Source: Candidatus Karelsulcia muelleri PSPU
GTDB taxonomy: Bacteria; Bacteroidota; Bacteroidia; Flavobacteriales; Blattabacteriaceae
Direction: 5' to 3'
Assembly (NCBI RefSeq): GCF_000829155.1
Contig: NZ_AP013293.1
Location: 210,001-242,000 of the forward strand
Length of the DNA stretch: 32,000 nt
Made by a program: the position numbers and the translations under genes
Notes under the pieces: generated by a model
Told to the model about the DNA's origin: nothing
Seen by the model: only the letters and a program-made list of their open reading frames with translations
Databases searched by the model: none
Part shown: piece by piece, positions 1 to 11,574 of the stretch
How positions within the stretch are numbered: the first letter of the stretch is position 1
Layout: the number at the start of each line of letters is the position of its first letter

Positions 1-66
1 ACCAGCAAATCTTAATAAGATACTACCACCTCAAGGTAGCGTGTATACCAATTTCACCACGTGAGT
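1..66 (-). tRNA. tRNA-Leu (anticodon GAG), 3' part cut by window edge
   Basis: Reverse complement reads ACTCACGTGGTGAAATTGGTATACACGCTACCTTGAGGTGGTAG..., with a Leu-type D arm and CTTGAGG anticodon loop. The long variable arm region begins before the window edge. Confidence 0.85.
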
Positions 67-108
67 CTTTAAAAGACAATATTCATAATCTACTATTAAA
101 TAATATTA

Positions 109-486
109 TTAACTTATTAATAATTTACTTAATATTTGAATTTTATTTTTCCACCACATTTTAGATTCTTCTATTTCATTTTTTTTAGCAAAATCTGTTA
201 TAATAAGGTAAATATTTTTTGTTAATTTTTCTTTTTCAAGAAAAAATTCAAAATAATAGATCTTATCAAGATCTTGTTCCCATCTATATCTTACAGATTT
301 ATATGGTATTTTTTTTATTAAAAAACATGTTTCTTCATATCCGTTCCAAGTAAAAATATATCTATTACTTAGATAAATAACATTGTCAGCAAACCATTCT
401 GTCATATTTGAAGGTGCAGAAATATAATTATATAATATCTTTATAGAAGAATTCATTCTAAATTCAAAGTTTATTTTTTCACGCAT
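109..486 (-). CDS. START-like / AHSA1-fold domain protein conserved in Bacteroidota
   Basis: 125-aa ORF: MREKINFEFRMNSSIKILYNYISAPSNMTEWFADNV...KMWWKNKI; resembles the short START-like proteins of Bacteroidota. Confidence 0.6.
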   Translation of the reverse strand: MREKINFEFRMNSSIKILYNYISAPSNMTEWFADNVIYLSNRYIFTWNGYEETCFLIKKIPYKSVRYRWEQDLDKIYYFEFFLEKEKLTKNIYLIITDFAKKNEIEESKMWWKNKIQILSKLLIS

Positions 487-539
487 TTTTTTTATCTGTT
501 TTAATTTATTATTATAATAATAATAAATTTTAAAAAAAA

Positions 540-613
540 GGCGTGATAGCTCATTTGGTTAGAGCGTCGGATTCATAACCCGGAGGTTGGGGGTTCAATT
601 CCCCCTCACGCTA
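540..613 (+). tRNA. tRNA with CAU anticodon (tRNA-Met; elongator/initiator/Ile2 class not resolved)
   Basis: GGCGTGA acceptor pairs with TCACGCT (one G-U); D arm GCTC...GAGC; loop with CAT anticodon; T arm GGGGGTTCAATTCCCCC. Confidence 0.88.
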
Positions 614-636
614 CATTTTACATATAGAATAATTTA

Positions 637-1977
637 ATGAATTATAAAAATATCATAAAAAATTTTTTATATTTTTTTAAAAAAAAAAATCATAAAATTA
701 TTTATTCTGCTTCACTTTTAGCAAAAAATGATACAACTTTAATGTTTACTAATGCTGGAATGAATAGATTTAAAAACTATTTTATTTGTTATAAACATCC
801 AAAATTTTTAAGAATTACGAATATTCAAAAATGTCTTAGAATTACAGGAAAACATAATGATTTATATGATGTAGGAAAGGATAAATATCATCATACTATG
901 TTTGAAATGTTAGGAAATTGGTCATTTGGTGATTATTTTAAAAAAAAAGCTATAAAATGGGCTTGGGAGTTATTAACAAAAATTTATAAAATAAAAAAAT
1001 ACAATATTTATGTTACTATTTTTAGTGGAGATAAAAAAAAAAATTTACCTTTTGATATAGAATCATATAAATTTTGGAAAAAAATAATAGATGAAAATCA
1101 AATTATTTTTTTTGATAAAAAAAATAATTTTTGGGAAATGGGGGAAACAGGTCCATGTGGATATAGTTCAGAAATTCATATAGATATTAGAAATGAAAAA
1201 GAAAAAAATAAAATATCTGGAAAAAAATTAATTAATAAAGGCCATCCTTTAGTAATTGAATTATGGAATTTAGTTTTTATAGAATATTTTAGGAAAAAAA
1301 ATGGTAATCTTGAAAAATTACCGAAATCTCATGTTGATACAGGAATGGGTATAGAAAGATTATGTATGATTTTACAAAAAAAAAAATCTACATATGATAC
1401 TGATATATTTAATATTTTAATTAAAAAAATAGAAAATATTACTGGAATCGTTTATGGGAAATTTTATAAACAGGATATAGCCATTCGTGTATTAGCAGAT
1501 CATATTAGAGCAATTGTATTTGCTATTAAGGATGGGGTAATTCCTTCAAATAAGAAATCAGGATATATAATAAAAAAACTTTTAAGAAGAACTATTATAT
1601 ATTATTATATTTTTTTAAAAAAAAAAAAAAAAATTTTATATAAACTTGTAAAATATGTATTATTACAGAATAATAAATTTCATTACAAAATGAATAATAA
1701 AGAAAAAATTATAAATTTTATAATAAAAAAAGAAGAAATTTTATTTTTTAAAACAATAAGTAAAGTTACTTTTAAAATAAAAAAAAAAATTTTTCTTTTA
1801 AAAAAAGAAGGTAAAAAAAAAATAAATGGAAATATAATATTTAAATTATATGATACATATGGATTACCTTTTGAATTAGCAAATTTTATGGCTATAAAAA
1901 ATAATATGATTATTGATAAATTTTCTTTTGAAAAAGAAATGTTAAAAACAAAACTACGTTCTAAACAAAAGAAATAA
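637..1977 (+). CDS. alaS: Alanyl-tRNA synthetase, short form (aminoacylation half only)
   Basis: 446 aa with AlaRS motifs: MFTNAGMNRFKNYF, QKCLRITGKHNDLYDVG, HHTMFEMLGNWSFGDYFKK, HVDTGMGIERL, LYDTYGLPFELAN. It ends where the editing domain would begin. Confidence 0.93.
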   Translation: MNYKNIIKNFLYFFKKKNHKIIYSASLLAKNDTTLMFTNAGMNRFKNYFICYKHPKFLRITNIQKCLRITGKHNDLYDVGKDKYHHTMFEMLGNWSFGDYFKKKAIKWAWELLTKIYKIKKYNIYVTIFSGDKKKNLPFDIESYKFWKKIIDENQIIFFDKKNNFWEMGETGPCGYSSEIHIDIRNEKEKNKISGKKLINKGHPLVIELWNLVFIEYFRKKNGNLEKLPKSHVDTGMGIERLCMILQKKKSTYDTDIFNILIKKIENITGIVYGKFYKQDIAIRVLADHIRAIVFAIKDGVIPSNKKSGYIIKKLLRRTIIYYYIFLKKKKKILYKLVKYVLLQNNKFHYKMNNKEKIINFIIKKEEILFFKTISKVTFKIKKKIFLLKKEGKKKINGNIIFKLYDTYGLPFELANFMAIKNNMIIDKFSFEKEMLKTKLRSKQKK

Positions 1978-4700
1978 TGAAATATAAATCTATGGAGAGA
2001 TTTTCTTTCCTAAATACAATAAATTTTAACCAAATAGAAATATTATATAATAAATATTTAAAATCTCCTGATTCAATAGAACATAGTTGGCGTGCTTTTT
2101 TTCAAGGGTTTGATTTTTATAAAAAAAAATATAATATTTTTTTAAAAAAAAAATCAAAAAAAATTTTTAAAGAAATTAATGTGTTAAAATTAATTAATTT
2201 TTATAAAGAAAAAGGTCATTTATTTTCTAATATAAATCCTATATTTGAAAAAAAAATAAAATATGATCCTACATTAGATATAAAAAATTTTAATCTTGAT
2301 AAAGAAGATCTTGATAATTGTTTTTTTTCTTCAAAAGAAATAGGAATATATCCATGTTCTCTTAAAGAAATAATTGGAGTTTTAAAAAAAAAATATTGTG
2401 AATCTATTGGATTAGAATATATGTATATAAATAATATAAAACAAATCAAATGGATTAATAACTGGATTAATAATAATAATAATTATATATTATCTAATAA
2501 TGAAAAAATTAATTTTTTAATAAAATTAAATAAAGCTATAGAATTTGAAAAATTTCTTCATACAAAATTTGTAGGCCAAAAAAGATTTTCAATAGAAGGA
2601 AATGAATCTATTTTACCTGCTTTATATTATATTATTGAATATTCTTCTATTAATTATCCTATAGAGGATTTTGTAATAGGTATGTCACATAGAGGACGTT
2701 TAAATATATTATGTAATTTTTTTAAAAAAGAATGTAAAAAAATTTTTAATGAATTTTTAGGAAAAGAATATTATGAAAATAAATTTTTAGGAGATGTAAA
2801 ATATCATTTAGGATATAAAAGATATATAAAAAATAAAATAGGTAAAAAAATTAATATTATTAATGTACCTAATTCATCTCATTTAGAATCTGTGGATCCT
2901 ATTGTAGAAGGAATTGTTCGTGCTAAAATTGATAATGATTATAATGGTAATTATAATAAAGTTATACCAATTATTATACATGGGGATGCGTCTTTTTCTG
3001 CTCAAGGAATAGCATATGAAGTAATACAAATGTCATTACTTGAAGGATATAAAACTGGTGGAACAATACATATTATAATAAATAATCAAATTGGATTTAC
3101 TACAAATTGCTCAGATTCTCGTTCAAGTATTTATTGTACAGATTTAGCTAAAGTTATTCTTTCTCCAGTTATACATGTTAATTCAGATGATATAGAATCA
3201 GTTATATATTCTATTCGTTTTGCTATAGATTTTCGTATGTATTCGAATAAAGATGTATTTGTAGATTTATTAGGTTATAGAAGATATGGGCATAATGAAG
3301 GAGATGATCCCCGTTTTACTCAACAATTTTTTTATAAAATGATTGATAATCATAAAAATATATATGATATTTATAAAAAAAAACTTAAAAAAAAGAATTT
3401 TTTTTCTAAAAAATTTTTAAAAAAAATTGAAAATAAATATAAAAATATTATTGAAAATGGATATAATGAATCTAAATATATAAAAAAAACTGAATTAGAT
3501 AATTTTATTTCTTATAAAGATGAATTAATTTATGCTAAATATAAATATTTAATAAAAAAAGTAAATACTACTTTTCCAAAAAAAAAATTATTAGAAATAG
3601 GTAATAAAATTTATAATATAAATAAATATCAAAATATTTATAAAAAATTAAAAAAAATATTAATTAATAAATTATTTTTACTTATAAAAAAAAGAATTGT
3701 AGATTGGGGAATAGCGGAATTACTTGCTTATGGATCTTTATTATATGAAGGTTATAATGTAAGATTATCTGGAGAAGATGTAGAAAGAGGAACTTTTGCT
3801 CATAGACATATTGTAATTAATTCAGAATTTGAAGAAAAAATATTATTATTAAATAATATAGGTAAAGGTAAAATAAATGTTTATAATTCCTTATTATCAG
3901 AATATGGAGTTTTAGGTTTTGATTATGGATATTCCATGTTTTCTAACAAAACTTTAACATTATGGGAAGCTCAATTTGGAGATTTTAGTAATGGAGCTCA
4001 AATTATAATAGATCAATATTTATCTTCTGCAGAAACTAAATGGAAAATTAAAAATGGATTAGTTTTACTTTTACCTCATGGATATGAAGGTCAAGGATCA
4101 GAACATTCTTCTTCAAGAATTGAAAGATATTTACAATTATGTGCAAATTATAATATGTTTATATGTAATTGTAGTACTCCATCAAATTTTTATCATCTTT
4201 TAAGAAGACAAATAAAATCTAATTTTAGAAAACCATTAATAATATTTACTCCAAAAAGTTTATTAAGAAATATTAAATGTATTTCCTTATTAAAGGAATT
4301 ATCTAATGGAGAATTTGAAGAAATTATATATGATAAATATATAAAAAAAAAAAATGTAAAAAAAATAATTTTTTGTTCTGGAAAAATTTATTATGATATT
4401 TTAAAAAAAACAAAAAAACTTAATAATAAAAATATTGCGATAATAAGAATTGAACAATTATATCCAATAAAAAATAATTATATTGAAAATATACTAATGC
4501 AGTATAAAAATAAAAAATATATTCTTTGGGTACAAGAAGAACCAGAGAATATGGGAGTATGGCCTTATTTATATATAAAATATAGGAAAATTCCATGGAT
4601 ACTTATTTCACCACCTGAAAGTTCAGCACCTTCTACCGGTTCATATAATAGTTTTTTTAAAAATCATATAGAATTAGTAAATAAAATTTTTACTATATAA
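1977..4700 (+). CDS. sucA: 2-oxoglutarate dehydrogenase E1 component
   Basis: 907 aa; FRFSIEG-like [48 protein letters not shown]...[29 protein letters not shown]. Start codon shares 1 nt with the alaS stop. Confidence 0.95.
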   Translation: MKYKSMERFSFLNTINFNQIEILYNKYLKSPDSIEHSWRAFFQGFDFYKKKYNIFLKKKSKKIFKEINVLKLINFYKEKGHLFSNINPIFEKKIKYDPTLDIKNFNLDKEDLDNCFFSSKEIGIYPCSLKEIIGVLKKKYCESIGLEYMYINNIKQIKWINNWINNNNNYILSNNEKINFLIKLNKAIEFEKFLHTKFVGQKRFSIEGNESILPALYYIIEYSSINYPIEDFVIGMSHRGRLNILCNFFKKECKKIFNEFLGKEYYENKFLGDVKYHLGYKRYIKNKIGKKINIINVPNSSHLESVDPIVEGIVRAKIDNDYNGNYNKVIPIIIHGDASFSAQGIAYEVIQMSLLEGYKTGGTIHIIINNQIGFTTNCSDSRSSIYCTDLAKVILSPVIHVNSDDIESVIYSIRFAIDFRMYSNKDVFVDLLGYRRYGHNEGDDPRFTQQFFYKMIDNHKNIYDIYKKKLKKKNFFSKKFLKKIENKYKNIIENGYNESKYIKKTELDNFISYKDELIYAKYKYLIKKVNTTFPKKKLLEIGNKIYNINKYQNIYKKLKKILINKLFLLIKKRIVDWGIAELLAYGSLLYEGYNVRLSGEDVERGTFAHRHIVINSEFEEKILLLNNIGKGKINVYNSLLSEYGVLGFDYGYSMFSNKTLTLWEAQFGDFSNGAQIIIDQYLSSAETKWKIKNGLVLLLPHGYEGQGSEHSSSRIERYLQLCANYNMFICNCSTPSNFYHLLRRQIKSNFRKPLIIFTPKSLLRNIKCISLLKELSNGEFEEIIYDKYIKKKNVKKIIFCSGKIYYDILKKTKKLNNKNIAIIRIEQLYPIKNNYIENILMQYKNKKYILWVQEEPENMGVWPYLYIKYRKIPWILISPPESSAPSTGSYNSFFKNHIELVNKIFTI

Positions 4701-4717
4701 TATTAAATTTAAAATTA

Positions 4718-5839
4718 ATGATATTAGAAATAAAAGTTCCTTCTCCAGGAGAATCAATAACAGAAGTTGAAATCTCATCTTGGTTAGTTAAAAATGGTGA
4801 TTTTGTTAAAAAAAATCAAGTTATTGCAGAAATAGATTCAGATAAGGCTACTTTAGAAATCTGTGCAGAAGAAAGTGGCATGTTAATTATAAAAGCGAAA
4901 AAAGGAGATATTTTAAAAGTAGGAGAAATATTATGTTTAATAGATACTTCTTTTTCAAAAGAAAAAAGAAATTTTAGAGCTCCATCAACAATAAAAATAT
5001 TAAATCAATATAAAATTGAGAAAAAAAAAATAATTTCAACTGTTAAAAATAAAAAAGATGATGCTCTTAAAAAAATCCCATCTATGGGAACTAAAAATTT
5101 AATTAATAGATCTTTTGACATAACAAAGTTATCTAAACTTAGACGGAAATTATCAGAAAGACTTGTTTCCGTGAAAAATGAAACAGCTATGCTGACTACT
5201 TTTAACGAAGTAGATATGAGTAATATATTTTTTTTAAGAAAAAAATATAAAAATATTTTTAAAGAAAAACATGGAGTTAAATTAGGCTTCATGTCTTTTT
5301 TTGTAAAATCTTGTATAATAGCGTTAAAAAAATATCCAGATATTAATTCTATGATAGATGGGGAAAATAAAATAAATTTTAAATATTATGATATAAGTAT
5401 TGCAGTATCTGGACCAAAAGGTTTGATGGTCCCAGTTATTAGAAATGCTGATACTCTTTCTTTTAGAGGAATAGAAAAGACTATAAAAAATTTATCTAAT
5501 AGTATAAAAAATTCAACTATATCTATAGATGATATTACTGGAGGTACTTTTACTATAACAAATGGAGGTATTTTTGGATCTATGTTATCTACTCCTATAA
5601 TAAATCCTCCCCAAAGTGCTATATTAGGTATGCATAATATAGTAGAAAGACCTATCGTAAAATTAGGAAAAATAGAAATTAGACCAATTATGTATTTAGC
5701 ATTATCTTATGATCATCGTCTAATAGATGGAAAAGAAGCAGTGGGATTTTTATTATCAATAAAAGAATCAATAGAAAATCCTATTAAAAATTTAATAGGA
5801 TCAGAAGAAAATTTAAAAAATTCTTTTGAATTAAAATAA
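4718..5839 (+). CDS. sucB: Dihydrolipoamide succinyltransferase (2-oxoglutarate dehydrogenase E2)
   Basis: 373 aa; lipoyl domain with [13 protein letters not shown]; catalytic domain with [43 protein letters not shown]. Confidence 0.93.
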   Translation: MILEIKVPSPGESITEVEISSWLVKNGDFVKKNQVIAEIDSDKATLEICAEESGMLIIKAKKGDILKVGEILCLIDTSFSKEKRNFRAPSTIKILNQYKIEKKKIISTVKNKKDDALKKIPSMGTKNLINRSFDITKLSKLRRKLSERLVSVKNETAMLTTFNEVDMSNIFFLRKKYKNIFKEKHGVKLGFMSFFVKSCIIALKKYPDINSMIDGENKINFKYYDISIAVSGPKGLMVPVIRNADTLSFRGIEKTIKNLSNSIKNSTISIDDITGGTFTITNGGIFGSMLSTPIINPPQSAILGMHNIVERPIVKLGKIEIRPIMYLALSYDHRLIDGKEAVGFLLSIKESIENPIKNLIGSEENLKNSFELK

Positions 5840-5847
5840 AATTATTA

Positions 5848-6618
5848 ATGAATACATGTGAAAAACAATTATTTTTTTATCATGTTAAAGAATTGAGAAA
5901 GAGGGTAGTACGTAGTATTATTAGTATAATAATATGTACATTATATTGTTTTAATAAAAAAAAAATTATATTTGAGAATATTCTTTTTTATCCTGCTAAA
6001 TCTAATTTTATATCTTATCAATTTTTTTATAAAATTGGTCTTTTTTTTAATCCAAAAATTAATATATTACCAAATAATATTTGTATTCAAAATATCCAAT
6101 TATTTGGACAATTTCATATTTATCTTTTGATATCTTTAATAGGTGGAATTATTTTATCTTTTCCATTTATATGTTATGAATTATGGAAGTTTATTAAACC
6201 TGGTCTTTCTAAAAAAGAAAGACAAAATATAAAAAAATTTTTTTTTATATTTTTATCATTATTTATAATAGGTTTATTATTTGGATATTTTATTCTTTCT
6301 CCATTTGCAATACAATTTGCAGATAATTTTTTTATAAGTGAATTACCTAAAAATATTTTTGATTTAAATGATTATGTATCAATAATAATTGAATCGACAT
6401 TATTAATGGGAATAGTTTTTTTATTTCCTATAATTCCATTTTTTTTAAAAAAAATTAATATAATTAAATCAGGTTTGTTAAAAAAATATAGAAAACATGC
6501 ATTTTTAATATTATTTATAATAGCTTCTGCTATTACTACTGGAGATATTATAACAACTATAATTGTATTTATTCCTTTTTATTTATTATTTGAAATAAGT
6601 TTATTAATTATTAATTAA
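5848..6618 (+). CDS. tatC: Sec-independent (Tat) translocase subunit TatC
   Basis: 256-aa polytopic protein; HVKELRKRVVRSI, SFPFICYELWKFIKPGLSKKERQNI, multiple hydrophobic segments. Confidence 0.88.
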   Translation: MNTCEKQLFFYHVKELRKRVVRSIISIIICTLYCFNKKKIIFENILFYPAKSNFISYQFFYKIGLFFNPKINILPNNICIQNIQLFGQFHIYLLISLIGGIILSFPFICYELWKFIKPGLSKKERQNIKKFFFIFLSLFIIGLLFGYFILSPFAIQFADNFFISELPKNIFDLNDYVSIIIESTLLMGIVFLFPIIPFFLKKINIIKSGLLKKYRKHAFLILFIIASAITTGDIITTIIVFIPFYLLFEISLLIIN

Positions 6619-7053
6619 TTTTTTTTTTTCTCTTTCTATATCTTTTATTTTTATTAATTGACGTTTATCATATTTTTTTTTACTTTTAGCTAGAAAAAAA
6701 ATTAATTTTATATATCCTCTATTATTTAATAGAATTTTAGTAGGAATTATATTGAATTTAAATTCATTTATTTTCTTTTTTATTTTATAAATTTCTTTTT
6801 TTTTAAGAAGAATTTTTTTTATTCTTTTAGAATCAAAATTCTCTCCAAAAGAAGAATTTGATATATACATATCATATACATATATATTATTATTTATTAA
6901 TTTACAATAACTATTATTTATAGATACTTTATTTTGTTTTATTGATTTAACTTCACTTCCTAATAAGACTATTCCAGCTATAAATTTATATTTATTTAAT
7001 AATTCATAATCAAAAAAAGCTTTTTTATTCTTAATATTTAGGTTATATTTCAT
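6604..7053 (-). CDS. smpB: SsrA-binding protein SmpB
   Basis: 149 aa; KAFFDYELLNKYKFIAGIVLLGSEVKSIKQNKVSINNSYC, and C-terminal KKKYDKRQLIKIKDIEREKKK. Confidence 0.9.
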   Translation of the reverse strand: MKYNLNIKNKKAFFDYELLNKYKFIAGIVLLGSEVKSIKQNKVSINNSYCKLINNNIYVYDMYISNSSFGENFDSKRIKKILLKKKEIYKIKKKINEFKFNIIPTKILLNNRGYIKLIFFLAKSKKKYDKRQLIKIKDIEREKKKLINN

Positions 7054-7147
7054 ATAACTTTATTTATATATTATTTAATAAAAATAAAAAACAATTTTTA
7101 TTAGATAAATTACATTTAATGTCTTATTAAGAAATATAATAATTTAT

Positions 7148-7453
7148 ATGATAAAAATATATATATTTGATATAATATCTGTCTTAAAAGATATATATGA
7201 TCCAGAAATTCCAATAGATATATATGAATTAGGTCTTATATATGATATAAGAATAGAAAATAATAATAATATTCAAATTATTATGACCCTTACTACACCT
7301 AATTGTCCTGTAGCAGATATTTTACCTAATGAAGTAAAATTTAAAATTTTTAATATTAAAAATGTAAAAAATGTAGAAGTAATCCTTACATTTTATCCTA
7401 ATTGGACATATGAAATGATGAGTGAAGTTGCTCGTTTAGAATTAACATTATAA
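7148..7453 (+). CDS. MIP18/SufT-family (DUF59) Fe-S assembly protein
   Basis: 101 aa; LKDIYDPEIPIDIYELGLIYDI, MTLTTPNCPVADILPNEV, VILTFYPNWTYEMMSEVARLEL. Confidence 0.88.
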   Translation: MIKIYIFDIISVLKDIYDPEIPIDIYELGLIYDIRIENNNNIQIIMTLTTPNCPVADILPNEVKFKIFNIKNVKNVEVILTFYPNWTYEMMSEVARLELTL

Positions 7454-7535
7454 TTAAATAAATTATTTTAAAAAACAATTTTTAAAAAAAAAAAAAAATA
7501 CTTATATTATTCTTATTAATTAATTTTTAAAGGCC

Positions 7536-7865
7536 ATGGAAATAATTGGTTTAGTAAAAACTATATTTGACATTCAAGTATTGAAAAATGGGTTTAAAAA
7601 AAGAGAAATACTTTTCTTCACAGAAGAACAATACCCACAAAATTTATTAATTGAATTTATTCAAGACAAAATAAAATTATTAGATGCTCTTAAAATAGAA
7701 GATAGAATTAAAATTTTTATTAATTTAAAAGGAAGAAAATGGACTACGCCAAATGGAAGCGTTAAATACTTTAATTCAATTCAAGGATGGAAAATAGAAA
7801 AAATTTTAAATAAAAAAAATATATCTTCATCAGATGGAAATGAATTTGATGATTTCCCTTTTTAA
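7536..7865 (+). CDS. DUF3127 domain protein (Bacteroidota, OB-fold-like)
   Basis: 109 aa; MEIIGLVKTIFDIQVLKNGFKKREILFFTEEQYPQNLLIEFIQDK..., matching the remembered DUF3127 pattern. Confidence 0.75.
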   Translation: MEIIGLVKTIFDIQVLKNGFKKREILFFTEEQYPQNLLIEFIQDKIKLLDALKIEDRIKIFINLKGRKWTTPNGSVKYFNSIQGWKIEKILNKKNISSSDGNEFDDFPF

Positions 7866-7870
7866 AGTAA

Positions 7871-7913
7871 AACCTCCAAAATAAGTTTATATTATTAATT
7901 TATTTTGGGGGTT
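7871..7913. terminator. Strong intergenic stem-loop between convergent genes; candidate bidirectional terminator / 3'-end structure
   Basis: AACCTCCAAAATAAGTT (7871-7887) pairs with AATTTATTTTGGGGGTT (7897-7913): 17 bp including two G-U pairs, 9-nt loop. It sits between the 7865 stop and the groL stop at 7923. Confidence 0.6.
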
Positions 7914-7922
7914 AATTAAAAT

Positions 7923-9867
<1,945 letters not shown>

Positions 9868-10119
9868 ATTTTTTTTTTTTTTTTTTACTTAAAAAAAAAA
9901 TATAATATTTTTAATATGTAATATTATTTATCATTTCATTTGAAATGAAAATTAAAATAATTAATATTAACGCTAATAAAAATATTTTTTTTTTAAGAAA
10001 ATCATTTATTTTTTTTTTTATCAAAACCTAATTATTTGTTTGAATAAAAATAATTATTATTAATAATAAACATATTATAATAAAAAAAAAATCTATTATA
10101 TAATAAATCATTTGATGAA

Positions 10120-11502
10120 TCATAAATAGTATTTTTCATTTAATAAATCTCCTATTAAAGTAGCAGATGTACAATTATTAATTTTAACTTTTAAAAAATC
10201 TCCTATTTTAAATTTTTTTTTAGGAAAAATTACTATATCATTTTTAGAATTTCTTCCATAAAAAAAATTAATATTTTTTTTTGAAATTCCCTCTATTAAA
10301 ATTTCTTGAATATTTCCAATAGATTTACTTAATCTAAAATAGGAATGTTTTCTTTGTAAAGATATAATTTCTTTTAATCTACGTTTTTTTATTTCTAAAG
10401 AAACATTATCAATTAAATGTTTATAAGCATATGTTCCTATTCGATGGGAATATATAAACATATATGAAAAATTATATTTTACAAGTTTCATTAAATTCAA
10501 TGTTTCATTATGATCATATTCATATTCATTACAAAATCCCGTGATAATATCACAAGATATTGAACAATTAGGTAAAATTTTATTTATTTTATTTATAAGT
10601 AAAATATAATCTTCACGTGTATGTTTTCTATTCATTAATGATAAAATTTTATTACTTCCTGATTGAACTGGTAAATGAATATGTTTACATATATTTTTAT
10701 ATTTTTTAATTATATTTAAAACCTTATATGACATATCATTAGGATTAGAAGTACAAAAACGAATTCTCATAAAAGGAACTGAAATAGCAACTAATTCTAA
10801 TAAATTAGAAAAATTTATAATTCTTTCATTTTTTATTTTTGATTTTTTAAAATTTTTTTTTAATCCCCCTCCATACCATAAATATGAATCTACATTTTGA
10901 CCTAAAAGTATAATTTCTTTATATCCTTTTTTAAATAAAAATTCACATTCTTTTATAATACTATGTGGATCACGACTCTTTTCACGACCTCTTGTAAAAG
11001 GAACAACACAGAAAGTACACATATTATCACATCCTCGCATTATAGTAACAAACGCCGTTATTTTATTTTTATCTCTTTTAGGTAAAATATCTGCATAAGT
11101 TTCATTTTTAGAAAAAAAAGTATTTATATATTTATATGATTTATTATAAATCTTTCTTATTAAAGAAGGAATTTCTCTATAAGAATCTGGCCCTAAAACT
11201 AAATTAATTATATTATTAATTTTTAATATTTTTTTTTTAAAATTTTGAGCCAAACAACCCAATATTCCTATTATAATATTATTATTTTTTTTTTTTAAAA
11301 ATTTAAGTTGATTTATACGTAATAATATTTTTTGTTCAGATTTTTCTCTTATAGAACATGTATTTATTAATATGATATTAGCCTTTTTAAAATTTTCAGT
11401 TTTAATAAATCCTTCATTATCTAAAATAGAACATATAATTTCACTATCAGAGATATTCATTTGACAACCATAATTTTCTATATAATATTTTTTATTTATC
11501 AT
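10120..11502 (-). CDS. miaB: tRNA-2-methylthio-N6-dimethylallyladenosine synthase MiaB
   Basis: 460 aa; YYIENYGCQMNISDSE, NTCSIREKSEQ, IMRGCDNMCTFCVVPFTRGREKSR radical-SAM motif, HLPVQSGSNKILSLMNR. Confidence 0.96.
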   Translation of the reverse strand: MINKKYYIENYGCQMNISDSEIICSILDNEGFIKTENFKKANIILINTCSIREKSEQKILLRINQLKFLKKKNNNIIIGILGCLAQNFKKKILKINNIINLVLGPDSYREIPSLIRKIYNKSYKYINTFFSKNETYADILPKRDKNKITAFVTIMRGCDNMCTFCVVPFTRGREKSRDPHSIIKECEFLFKKGYKEIILLGQNVDSYLWYGGGLKKNFKKSKIKNERIINFSNLLELVAISVPFMRIRFCTSNPNDMSYKVLNIIKKYKNICKHIHLPVQSGSNKILSLMNRKHTREDYILLINKINKILPNCSISCDIITGFCNEYEYDHNETLNLMKLVKYNFSYMFIYSHRIGTYAYKHLIDNVSLEIKKRRLKEIISLQRKHSYFRLSKSIGNIQEILIEGISKKNINFFYGRNSKNDIVIFPKKKFKIGDFLKVKINNCTSATLIGDLLNEKYYL

Positions 11503-11574
11503 TGTTAAATTTTATTATATTAAAAAATATATATATTTATTATATAAATATTTTTTTAATAAAAAATTAAATAA

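Noticed and set aside
2216-2449. 77-aa ORF on the minus strand inside sucA
   Set aside because: Fully antisense to a well-supported sucA. Low-complexity I/F/S composition is typical of chance ORFs in AT-rich DNA.
5005-5292. 95-aa ORF on the minus strand inside sucB
   Set aside because: Antisense to sucB, no recognisable motif, hydrophobic low-complexity content explained by the complement of Lys/Glu-rich codons.
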